A stretch of DNA of 32,000 nt from Candidatus Saccharimonadota bacterium. GTDB lineage: Bacteria; Pseudomonadota; Alphaproteobacteria; Rickettsiales; Anaplasmataceae. A program made the translations under genes and the position numbers. Positions 1 through 9,057 of this stretch are shown in pieces. A model generated the notes under the pieces. That model had not been told where the DNA came from. It made no database searches and saw only the letters and a list, made by a program, of their open reading frames with translations. Each line of letters begins with the position of its first letter. The stretch's first letter is position 1. The stretch spans positions 1-32,000 of the forward strand of contig CP085695.1 in assembly GCA_029715105.1 (NCBI GenBank), read 5' to 3'.

Positions 1-442
1 AATGTGAGTTGCTTTATATAATTTTATTATATAATAATTATGTTGTTATTTCAATTTATAAATTGAAAAATAAATAATAACAGGAAAATACAGATCTGAT
101 TGCATTTAATTTATATAATTTTGCAGATGTCTTATTAAGGAGTTCTGAGAGAGATTGTTTGTAAGTAGATAATGGTTTGGTGACAATAATAATAATTATA
201 AATATATTATTGTTATAATAGTACTTGGTAATATTGTTAATATCTTATTATTTTACTTCTTTGATTTTTAATTTTCATAAAAGTTGTTATTAACAGTTTT
301 GTTAATTTTGTTCGTGAATTTATATAATTTTAGGTTATATAATAAAGTTTTGTAATGATAAATTGCTATTAATTTTTAATTGGGAGTGGTTTGTGTTGTG
401 CATACATTGCTGTGAATTATATGAATTATATGTGAAAATGAG

Positions 443-509
443 TGTTAATAACTTGTTAATTAATTGTTAACAAAAAAAATATTAACAATTAATTAACAAG
501 TTATTAACA
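443..509. repeat. perfect 28-bp inverted repeat, 11-nt spacer
   Basis: The 443-470 arm tgttaataacttgttaattaattgttaa is the exact reverse complement of the 482-509 arm ttaacaattaattaacaagttattaaca. The loop at 471-481 is caaaaaaaata. Verified base by base. Confidence 0.95.
444..508. promoter_or_regulatory. candidate CtrA-box array (TTAA-N7-TTAAC x5, overlapping, both orientations)
   Basis: Exact consensus matches at 456-471, 482-497 and 493-508 on the + strand, and at 444-459 and 455-470 on the - strand. Binding is unproven. Confidence 0.3.
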
Positions 510-1549
510 TACTTATTAAGTATTTAATAACAATTTTATAAATTAAATTAAAATATTTAACTGGTATGATTTTTAGTTTGGGGAAATTAATTTATAAATA
601 CAACTAGAGTTGAATGAACTAGATTATATCAATATAAAGTAAATAGGAAATTTTATTTGTATGGAAAATTATAAGTTTTATCTCAAAATAAAATTTTGAG
701 ATTTTATATAGATGTATTTTGCATTGGGTAAAAATAGAGTTTTTATTAATTGATTGGTCTATAGAAAGTTAATATTATAAATATTATAATAATAGATACC
801 GTGATATAAAAAGTAATTTTTGAATTTAAAAGAGTTGTAAGATTTATTGAAGTAAGGAAGGGTTTAACTTTATATAAGTTGAATATCACTAATTGTTATT
901 ATAGGTTTATAAATGTGTATGAATGAAAGAAGACATAATAATTTTATATTTATTAATCAACAAATATTAGTATTGAATTTTTTATAATAAAGTTGCTAAT
1001 TTAGAATTAGTTTTTAACATGATTTTTACTTTTAAGATTTGGTTTCAATAGACTTTTAATAGGACAATTTTATTGTACATTAATGTTATAAGTTTCTTAT
1101 ATGAGGAAGAGTGTTTTTAATAAATAAATTCTGAATTTGTTTAAAAGTTTTTCCATTAGGATTTAAAATTATATTTTTATTTTAATAAGTTTGTTTTTAT
1201 ATATGGGGAGAGATATTTGTTTATATATGGCATAGGATAATGTTATTTAATTGATATCAAAATTTAGTTTGATAAAAAATTCTCTCAGAAGTAAAAGGTA
1301 TGTGTATTTTGTAATCAATGTGGTTCTATTACAACTCTTAAGTTTTTTTGGAATTAAAATTTAAAGTTTTTTAAAAGAAAGGTGTTTATCTTTTTGAAGT
1401 TTTTAAAACTCATTAGTTTAACTGTTAGTTAATATTAATTTTAAATTTTTAGATAGGTGATATCTATTAATTCTTAAATTAAAAAATTTTCTATATAATT
1501 TTGTTTATTGGTAATGTGGTTTGTATTTTAAATTTATAAAAGAAATACT

Positions 1550-2575
1550 ATGAATAATACTTATATTAAATCAGGAGTAAATCTTAGTTTATATCAAAAA
1601 TTAATAAGAAATATTAATGTTATAATTAAAAAAGCCAAAAAAAAGGAAGAGGTTCTTAGTGAGGAGAATTTGTTTTCAGCTTTGTTTGATTTTTCTGAAA
1701 TTAGTAAAAAATATGATTATCCGATACTAGTTTCATCAACTGATGGAGTAGGTACAAAATTATTGATAGCTCAGGAAATAAATAAACATGATACTATAGG
1801 TATAGATTTAGTTGCAATGTGTGTAAATGATTTACTTGCACAAGGAGCAGTACCTTTATTTTTTCTTGATTATTTTGCAACAGGTATTTTGAATAAAAAT
1901 GTTTTATTATCTGTAATCCAAGGTATTGTGGAAGGGTGTAAACAAGCTAATATAGTATTAGTTGGTGGAGAGACTGCAGAAATGCCTGGAATGTATAGCA
2001 ATAATCGTTATGATCTTGCAGGATTTGTAGTTGGAGTTGTTGATAAGAATAAAATTCTTCCGAGAAAAAATATTATGAAAAAAGGTGATTATATAGTTGG
2101 TCTAGAATCAAATGGGATTCATTCGAATGGGTTTTCGTTAGTAAGGTATATTTTTAAAAGTTTGGGTATAAGTTATAACGATTTATCTCCTTGGAACAAT
2201 AAAACTTGGGGTGAAATATTACTTGAGCCAACAAAAATATATTCTAGTTCTTTGCTATCTAATATTATTTCACAAGTGAAAGGTATTGCGCATATTACAG
2301 GTGGTGGCTTAATAAATAATATTTCAAGAATTATTCCAGAGAATTTATTTGTTGATATAAACATTAGTTCTTGGGAGTGGTCAGATATATTTTTATGGCT
2401 ATTAAAAAATGGTAAAGTAAATAGAAATGAAATGTTAAAGACTTTTAATTGTGGCATTGGCATGGTTTTAATTGTAGATCCTGAAAATTTACAGCGTGTA
2501 GGGAATTATTTTGAGAAAAATGGGGAAAAAGTCAGGTTTATAGGAAATCTTAATAGTAAGGATAATAAGAAGTAA
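1550..2575 (+). CDS. purM: phosphoribosylformylglycinamidine cyclo-ligase (AIR synthetase)
   Basis: 341-aa ORF with PurM-family motifs SSTDGVGTKL, DLVAMCVNDL, GGETAEMPGMY, HITGGGL and FNCGIGMVLIV. Confidence 0.95.
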   Translation: MNNTYIKSGVNLSLYQKLIRNINVIIKKAKKKEEVLSEENLFSALFDFSEISKKYDYPILVSSTDGVGTKLLIAQEINKHDTIGIDLVAMCVNDLLAQGAVPLFFLDYFATGILNKNVLLSVIQGIVEGCKQANIVLVGGETAEMPGMYSNNRYDLAGFVVGVVDKNKILPRKNIMKKGDYIVGLESNGIHSNGFSLVRYIFKSLGISYNDLSPWNNKTWGEILLEPTKIYSSSLLSNIISQVKGIAHITGGGLINNISRIIPENLFVDINISSWEWSDIFLWLLKNGKVNRNEMLKTFNCGIGMVLIVDPENLQRVGNYFEKNGEKVRFIGNLNSKDNKK

Positions 2576-2597
2576 GTAAATTTAATGGATTTTGTTA

Positions 2598-2621
2598 AAT
2601 TAAGTTAAATTTAACTTAATT
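2598..2621. terminator. 24-nt perfect palindrome at the convergent purM/purC junction (possible bidirectional terminator hairpin)
   Basis: aattaagttaaatttaacttaatt is self-complementary (12 pairs, one G:C). It begins 23 nt after the purM stop and overlaps the last codons of purC. A T-run (ctttttg) lies 6 nt downstream on the + strand. The hairpin is AT-only and therefore weak. Confidence 0.35.
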
Positions 2622-3328
2622 GATAGTCTTTTTGCAACTTCTAAGTATGTTTTTTTTATATCTCCTAAATTTAAACGAAAAATATCTTTATCGAGTTTTT
2701 TATTAGTATTACTGTCCCATAATCTGCAGTTGTCCGGACTAATTTCGTCAGCTAAGATAATTTCTGTTTTATTATTTATTAACCTACCAAATTCTAATTT
2801 TAAATCGATTAGATTTATTTTTGCATTTAAGAATAAGTTAACTAGAATTTTATTGATTTTTAAGGTTAAAGTTTTAATTTTTTTAATTTCTTCATTAGAT
2901 AACCAACCAAAGTATAATATATGGTTTTCGTTTATCATTGGATCATTTAAATTATCATTTTTATAGAAGATTTCGATTATAGGAGATGTGAGTTTTTCAC
3001 CTTCTTTTATATTAAAACGTTTACAGAAACTACCAGCTGCAGTGTTTCTTATTACTATTTCGAGAGGTATAATTATTAATTTTTTGATTAATTGTTTTCT
3101 TTTATCCATGATTTTTATAAAATGTGTATTTATTCCAGTTTCCTTAAGCTTTTTCATTATAAAAGCACTGATGTAATTGTTAATTATTCCTTTATTTTTA
3201 ATAATTCCATATTTTTTTTTATTAAATGCTGTGATATTATCTTTAAAATATTGTATAGCAATAAGTTGGTCTTTAGTTTTAATGATAGATTTAGTTTTGC
3301 CTTCGTGTATTATTCTGTTTGAAATCAT
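2600..3328 (-). CDS. purC: phosphoribosylaminoimidazole-succinocarboxamide (SAICAR) synthase
   Basis: 242-aa ORF with the N-terminal EGKTKSI motif, PLEIVIRNTAAGS and LADEISPDNCRLWD, typical of PurC. Convergent with purM. Confidence 0.93.
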   Translation of the reverse strand: MISNRIIHEGKTKSIIKTKDQLIAIQYFKDNITAFNKKKYGIIKNKGIINNYISAFIMKKLKETGINTHFIKIMDKRKQLIKKLIIIPLEIVIRNTAAGSFCKRFNIKEGEKLTSPIIEIFYKNDNLNDPMINENHILYFGWLSNEEIKKIKTLTLKINKILVNLFLNAKINLIDLKLEFGRLINNKTEIILADEISPDNCRLWDSNTNKKLDKDIFRLNLGDIKKTYLEVAKRLSIKLNLT

Positions 3329-3443
3329 AATTTAATTAATATTAGTATTACTTGATGATATATCAATTTATTATTTAATGTTTACCATTTGTTAGTATTT
3401 TTGGGAAAGCTTATAAATTTTATTTATAGGTTATTTTATAAGA

Positions 3444-4139
3444 ATGTTTAGTGTTGCGATATTGACTATATTTCCAGAGATGTTTCCTGGTTTTTTGGGT
3501 TGTTCACTTGCTGGAAAAGCGTTAAAAAAAAGAATATGGGGTCTTGAAATTATAGATATTCGTTCTTTTGCTAAGGATAAGCATTTAACAGTGGATGATG
3601 TATCGTATGGAGGTGGAATGGTTGGAATGGTTATGCGTCCTGATATTGTTGGTGATGCAATAGATAGTACGTTATTTGCAAATAAGGATACTATATTTAT
3701 TTATATGACTCCATCTGGAGTAGTTTTTAATCAGAGTATTGCGAAAGAGTTAATAAAATTTACTCATATAACAATATTATGTGGAAGGTTTGAAGGTGTT
3801 GACCAAAGGATAGTTGATGAGTATAATCCTTATGAGTTGAGTATTGGAGATTATGTGCTTTCTGGTGGTGAACCAGCTGCGATGGTAGTTCTTGATGCAT
3901 GTATTAGGCTTCTTCCTGGGGTAGTAGGTGATTTTAATAACGTTATTGAGGAGAGTTTTAGTTATTGTGGTGGTATACTCGAATATCCTCAATATACTAG
4001 GCCTCAGCAGTGGAGGGGGCGTAGGGTGCCTGAAGTTTTATTATCCGGTGATCATAAAAAAATATGTGATTGGAGAATGTGGAGTTCTAGAACTGTAACG
4101 AAAAAACGCAGACCTGATTTGTTAAAATTTGAGATGTAA
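3444..4139 (+). CDS. trmD: tRNA (guanine37-N1)-methyltransferase
   Basis: 231-aa ORF with [60 protein letters not shown] and EYPQYTRP. Confidence 0.95.
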   Translation: MFSVAILTIFPEMFPGFLGCSLAGKALKKRIWGLEIIDIRSFAKDKHLTVDDVSYGGGMVGMVMRPDIVGDAIDSTLFANKDTIFIYMTPSGVVFNQSIAKELIKFTHITILCGRFEGVDQRIVDEYNPYELSIGDYVLSGGEPAAMVVLDACIRLLPGVVGDFNNVIEESFSYCGGILEYPQYTRPQQWRGRRVPEVLLSGDHKKICDWRMWSSRTVTKKRRPDLLKFEM

Positions 4140-4141
4140 AT

Positions 4142-4519
4142 ATGGTGAATCTGCTTGAAAAGTTTAATAAGAAACAAATGGAATTATTAGTAAAAGAATT
4201 GCCGGAGTTTTTTTCCGGTGATGATCTTAGAGTGATTTTTAAAATCATCGAAGGTGATAGTGAACGTATTCAGGTATTTGAGGGTGTATGCATATCGAGG
4301 AGAAACCGTGGGTTACATTCTTCTTTTATGGTTAGAAAAGTAAGCTATGGGGAGAGTATTGTGTCACAGTTTTTTATTTATTCTCCTGTGTTAGTTTCTG
4401 TACAAGTTGTGAGAAGAGGAAAAGCTCGTAGAGCTAAGTTGTATTATTTGTGTAAACTATTTGGGAAATCTGCAAGAATAAGAGAGTTTATTTCTTATAA
4501 AAGAAATAAAGTTGAATAG
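4142..4519 (+). CDS. rplS: 50S ribosomal protein L19
   Basis: 125-aa ORF starting 2 nt after the trmD stop. L19 core: GDDLRV..EGDSERIQVFEGVCISRRNRGLHSSFMVRK. Confidence 0.93.
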   Translation: MVNLLEKFNKKQMELLVKELPEFFSGDDLRVIFKIIEGDSERIQVFEGVCISRRNRGLHSSFMVRKVSYGESIVSQFFIYSPVLVSVQVVRRGKARRAKLYYLCKLFGKSARIREFISYKRNKVE

Positions 4520-4656
4520 TTTAATTTGAATTAAAGTTTATTATATTCAATATATATTTGATGTTGAATATTATGGAGACTGAAGAGGTTATATGTAAAT
4601 TAATATGAAGATAAAGTTTTTCAGGTTTTTTTTATTTAAAACGTGTACATGTTTAT

Positions 4657-5847
4657 ATGAAAAGGAAGAATAGAAGAAATAGAATGTTACATTTCTGTTC
4701 TTTTATAGCGTTAGTTGTTTCGTTAGGTTGTCCTATATGTATATTGTTAAGTATATTAGTTAATTCATATAGTGCATTAACAGTAACGAAAATTTTGTTA
4801 CCAATTGAAGTAACAGATAATTTCGCTTTGGTAAATAGTTCTAGCGAACTACGACATAAGTTTATTGATTTGCTTAATAATTCTTTACTTAGGGTTTTTG
4901 AAGGTTCTTCTTTTAGGAGAGAAGATGAGATTTTAAGTCGTAATTCTTATAAGGAGTTAGAAATTTTTTTTTTCGAGAAAATGAAGTATGGTGGTAAATA
5001 TGAGATTTGGTTTACTGCTTCAAGTATAGTTAATTCAATAAATAAGGGTAGATGTTTTAATTATCATTACAATGAATTGCTTAATTGGTTAAAAGAAAAA
5101 GGAAGAGTAAAAAAGTTTTTCAATAAGTCTTTATTTTTTAAGTCTGATTCTCATGAACCTGAAAATGCAGGAATTTTGGGAGCGTTTGTTGGATCATTAA
5201 TGATGATTATCATATGTTTAGTTTTTGCATTACCAGTGGGAATTATATCGGGTATTTATCTTTATGAGTTTATGCCGAGGAATGGCATAACTAGTTTTGT
5301 AGAGGCTAGTATAAATAATCTTATTGCTGTACCTTCGATAATATTTGGTGTAGTGGGTTTAACTCTTTATCTCGGTATGTTCGGTTTGCCTCGTTCTTCG
5401 TCTCTTGTTGGTGGAATGACTCTTTCGTTTATGATGTTGCCTAATATTATAATTATAACAAAGAGTGCTCTTGCAAATGTTCCTATTGCAATAAAAGATG
5501 CAGCTTTTGCACTTGGGGCTACTCATATTAAAGTAGTACTGGATCATTCGTTGCCGATTGCATTACCTAGAATAATACATGGAACTGTTATTGTAGTTGC
5601 GAGAATTTTGGGTGAATCATCTCCTTTACTTATGATAGGTATGGTTGCATTTATAGCTGATACACCGATATCATTTTTTGATCCAGCAACAGCCTTACCG
5701 GTACAGATATATATATGGTCAAGTAGTCCTGATATTGCATTTATTGAACTCGCTGCAGTTGCAATTATAGTTTTATTAATAATGTTATTTATTTTAAATA
5801 TAGTAGCAAATTTCGTAAAAAGAAAATTTGAATTTTTTAATTTTTAG
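4657..5847 (+). CDS. pstA: phosphate ABC transporter permease PstA (long N-terminal loop form)
   Basis: 396-aa polytopic membrane ORF. The ABC permease signature region NNLIAVPSIIFG...DAAFALGATHIKV...LPIALPRIIHG...GESSPLLMIG matches the PstA pattern (GETAPLL-like). No pstS, pstC or pstB is adjacent. Confidence 0.8.
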   Translation: MKRKNRRNRMLHFCSFIALVVSLGCPICILLSILVNSYSALTVTKILLPIEVTDNFALVNSSSELRHKFIDLLNNSLLRVFEGSSFRREDEILSRNSYKELEIFFFEKMKYGGKYEIWFTASSIVNSINKGRCFNYHYNELLNWLKEKGRVKKFFNKSLFFKSDSHEPENAGILGAFVGSLMMIIICLVFALPVGIISGIYLYEFMPRNGITSFVEASINNLIAVPSIIFGVVGLTLYLGMFGLPRSSSLVGGMTLSFMMLPNIIIITKSALANVPIAIKDAAFALGATHIKVVLDHSLPIALPRIIHGTVIVVARILGESSPLLMIGMVAFIADTPISFFDPATALPVQIYIWSSSPDIAFIELAAVAIIVLLIMLFILNIVANFVKRKFEFFNF

Positions 5848-5850
5848 TTT

Positions 5851-6648
5851 GTGAAAATTATTGTTTTATTTGGTTATGGTTTAAATTGCGAGAAAGAAAC
5901 TGCATTTGCGTTTGAAGAATGCGCTAGAAAGATTGGTATTACTAATATAGAGGTAAAGATTATTCATATTAATGATGTTATAGATAATCCGTGTGAATTA
6001 AAATCGAGCAATATATTGGCAATTCCAGGAGGTTTTTCTTATGGGGATGATACTGGTGCAGGTAATGCATTTGCTTTACGTATTAAAAATAACTTGTTAG
6101 ATCAGTTTCAAGATTTTTTATTACGAGATAAGCTTGTTATAGGAATATGTAATGGTTGTCAGATTTTGGTGAGATTGATTCCAGAGTTTTCTAGTTTAGC
6201 TTTAATATGTAATGATGTAGGTAGCTATCAATGTCGTTGGATCAGAGTAAGGGTTAATCAAAAAAGTAATTCTGTTTGGTTACAGAATTTAAATGAGTTG
6301 TATCTTCCAGTTGCTCACGGGGAAGGTAAGTTTTTTATGGATCAGGGTGTTTTAGATCAATTAATTGAGAATAATTCTGTTGTGCTTCGTTATCTTAACG
6401 AAGAGGGTAATTATGCTAATTTGGAGTTTCCTTATAATCCAAGTGGATCTATATATGATATAGCAGCTTTGTCTAGTAAAAGTGGTAGAGTATTAGTTTT
6501 GATGCCTCATCCAGAGAGAGGAATATTTTTCACTCAACAGTATAATTGGACTTTTGAAAAAGAAAAATGTAAGCGTTTAGGTATTGCTATACCGAAATAT
6601 GGAGATGGAATATTTATATTTGAAAATGCATTGAGATATTTTATGTAA
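5851..6648 (+). CDS. purQ: phosphoribosylformylglycinamidine synthase I (glutamine amidotransferase subunit)
   Basis: 265-aa ORF with a GTG start 3 nt after the pstA stop. Motifs IPGGFSYGDD, GICNGCQIL (catalytic Cys), AHGEGKF and MPHPER. Confidence 0.9.
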   Translation: MKIIVLFGYGLNCEKETAFAFEECARKIGITNIEVKIIHINDVIDNPCELKSSNILAIPGGFSYGDDTGAGNAFALRIKNNLLDQFQDFLLRDKLVIGICNGCQILVRLIPEFSSLALICNDVGSYQCRWIRVRVNQKSNSVWLQNLNELYLPVAHGEGKFFMDQGVLDQLIENNSVVLRYLNEEGNYANLEFPYNPSGSIYDIAALSSKSGRVLVLMPHPERGIFFTQQYNWTFEKEKCKRLGIAIPKYGDGIFIFENALRYFM

Positions 6649-7403
6649 GTGGTATTTTTTGTTAATGATAATTTGTTTTTGCAAAAATATAATTTAAGTT
6701 TTCTTTTGTGTGGGGAATCTTGTTTTTATGATATAAATGATTAATTATTTAAGGTGTTTTATATTATAATGTAGGAGAGTTTTTTTGTTTTGTGAGAGTT
6801 TTTTATAGAAAGTTTAGGTTTTTGTAAAATAATAATAAGTGGGGAATTTAGTTTTAAAATTAGAGTATATTTACTTTCGTTAAAAAATTGATGGTGTATA
6901 TACGTTTATGTTGATTCTTAACAAGCTTTATAATGTATAAAGAGAATTATGGTTAGAGTATATTTATGATAAAAATTGTTTTGAGTTTATGTGTGTTATA
7001 TGTGGGGATTTTTGTTCTCAACAATAAAAGATCAGGGGATATTGTTAAGTAAGTGTTTTCATTTAAATTTTTTAGGAGGGGGTTATTAGATAAGCAAAAT
7101 TTGTTTTTAGTAAGTAACATAATAACAATTAGTGTATAAAGTTAAATCTAATGTAGTGGGGAAATTAATAGAGCTAAATATTTTTAGATAAAATTGAGAA
7201 ATGAGAAAATTGTATAATAATGTATATAAATGAGGTATAGTAAGTGATTAATTTTAGGGGTTTTTGTAGAGGAGAATTATATTTATTGGAGTTTTAATAA
7301 AAAAAGAGGGTAAAATGGCAATATCATAGGGGGGCTAGTTTAATATTTTAATGGAGAGTACCGCGTAAATATAACATTTACTGAGATAATTCTGTTGTTT
7401 TAT

Positions 7404-8399
7404 CTACATAAATCCTATGGTGTTTTTTATTTTTTTTATATTGTGGTTTGCGATTTCTGATGCTTTTTCTGCGCCCCTTTTTAATATTTCATGTAAATAG
7501 AGTTGGTTTTTTAAAAGATTATTCATTTTTTCGCGTATTGGTGATATTATGCTAATAATTAAGTCGGCTAATTCTTTTTTGAAGAGTTTCATATTATATT
7601 TATCGATTTCTTCGCATACTTTTTTTTTATCAAAATTACTTAGTAATGAATAGATATTTATTAAATTATTTATTTCTGGACGAAGTTTTAAAGTAGTAAA
7701 ATCAAATCCTAACATTGAGTCTGTTTTTGCTTTTTTTATTTTTTTAATAATTAAATCATCAGCATCGTCAAGATTAATACGTGAATATTCTGAAGGATCA
7801 GATTTACTCATTTTACTTGTACCATCTTTTAAACTCATTATTTTTGATGCATGATTTAAGATCATTATTTCAGGTATTACAAAATGATTTAATTTATAAT
7901 GATTATTGAATGTGAAAGCAATATCACGTGTGAGCTCTAAATGTTGTTTTTGATCACCTCCAACAGGAACATATTTAGCTTGATATAGTAATATATCTGC
8001 AGCCATGAGGATTGGGTAGCTATATAATCCTAGAAAAGCTTTTCGGTTATTATTATCAGTTTTATTTTTAAATTGGATCATACGATTCAACCAATTAACT
8101 GGAGTGTAACATCCAAGTATCCAGCATAGCTCTGTATGATTACTGACTGCAGATTGATTAAAAATAATAGATTTTTCTGGATCTATTCCGCATGCAATAT
8201 AAGCAGCTGCTGTTTTAAGAATGTTGTTTTTTAATTCGTTAGCTGGAAGTTTGTTATATGTAATTGCATGTAAGTCAACAATGCAAAAAAGGGATCTGTA
8301 TTTATTTTGTAGGTTTATCCATTGTTTGATTGCACCAAGATAGTTACCTAAGTGTAATGTCGCAGTTGGTTGGGCGCCTGAGAAAATAATGTTATGCAT
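7404..8399 (-). CDS. trpS: tryptophan--tRNA ligase
   Basis: 331-aa ORF. Class I synthetase signatures: TLHLGNYLG (HIGH-type) and KMSKSD. VPVGGDQKQHLELTRD is typical of TrpRS. Confidence 0.95.
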   Translation of the reverse strand: MHNIIFSGAQPTATLHLGNYLGAIKQWINLQNKYRSLFCIVDLHAITYNKLPANELKNNILKTAAAYIACGIDPEKSIIFNQSAVSNHTELCWILGCYTPVNWLNRMIQFKNKTDNNNRKAFLGLYSYPILMAADILLYQAKYVPVGGDQKQHLELTRDIAFTFNNHYKLNHFVIPEIMILNHASKIMSLKDGTSKMSKSDPSEYSRINLDDADDLIIKKIKKAKTDSMLGFDFTTLKLRPEINNLINIYSLLSNFDKKKVCEEIDKYNMKLFKKELADLIISIISPIREKMNNLLKNQLYLHEILKRGAEKASEIANHNIKKIKNTIGFM

Positions 8400-8426
8400 A
8401 TTTTATTATTTCAATCACTTTTGTAT

Positions 8427-8993
8427 TTATGAATTAGTAGATTTTTTTGAAAGAACAACCATAGCAGGGCGAAGTAGTCTATTTTTTATGGTAAAACCTG
8501 TTTGTAAAACTTCTATAATAGTACCGGTTTCTTTTTCATTATTTTCTTTTTCTATAACTGCTTGATGTAAATTACTATCAAAGAATTCTCCTATTGGGTT
8601 TATTTCTTCTATTCCGTGTTTTTTTAGATCATTTATAATTTTTTGATAAGCTACTTTGATTCCCTCATGAACAGGATCATTGTCTTTTAAATTTTCCATT
8701 ACTCTTTTTAAGTTGTCACATGAGTCAATCATATCACGTGCAAATTTTGTAATTGCATAGTTACTCGCATCATTGATTTGTTTTTGCATTATACGTTTAA
8801 CATTTTCATTGTCTGCAACAGCGCGACGTAAATGATCCTCGAGTTGGGTTGCGCGTTCTTTTAAGGAGTTAAGACTCTCGTTAAGATCATTGTTTATTTT
8901 GGCATTATCATTTTGTTGGTTTTCATTTTTTTGTTTGTTTGATGCATCAGTGAACTCTTCGTTTTTTTCTTTATCTTTATTATTATCTGACAT
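8427..8993 (-). CDS. grpE: nucleotide exchange factor GrpE
   Basis: 188-aa ORF with an acidic, coiled-coil N-terminus and the GrpE C-terminal block FDSNLHQAV...GTIIEVLQTGFTIKNRLLRPAMVVLSK. No dnaK or dnaJ is adjacent. Confidence 0.9.
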   Translation of the reverse strand: MSDNNKDKEKNEEFTDASNKQKNENQQNDNAKINNDLNESLNSLKERATQLEDHLRRAVADNENVKRIMQKQINDASNYAITKFARDMIDSCDNLKRVMENLKDNDPVHEGIKVAYQKIINDLKKHGIEEINPIGEFFDSNLHQAVIEKENNEKETGTIIEVLQTGFTIKNRLLRPAMVVLSKKSTNS

Positions 8994-9057
8994 ATTTATA
9001 TACCTTAAGAATTTTTATAAAATAATATAGTAATTAATCTTAAATATCAAGAATTAG

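Noticed and set aside
661-675. The 15-mer atggaaaattataag, shared between 661-675 and 17438-17452, considered as a possible dispersed repeat.
   Set aside because: The flanks do not match, and about one such 15-mer coincidence is expected between spacers of this composition.
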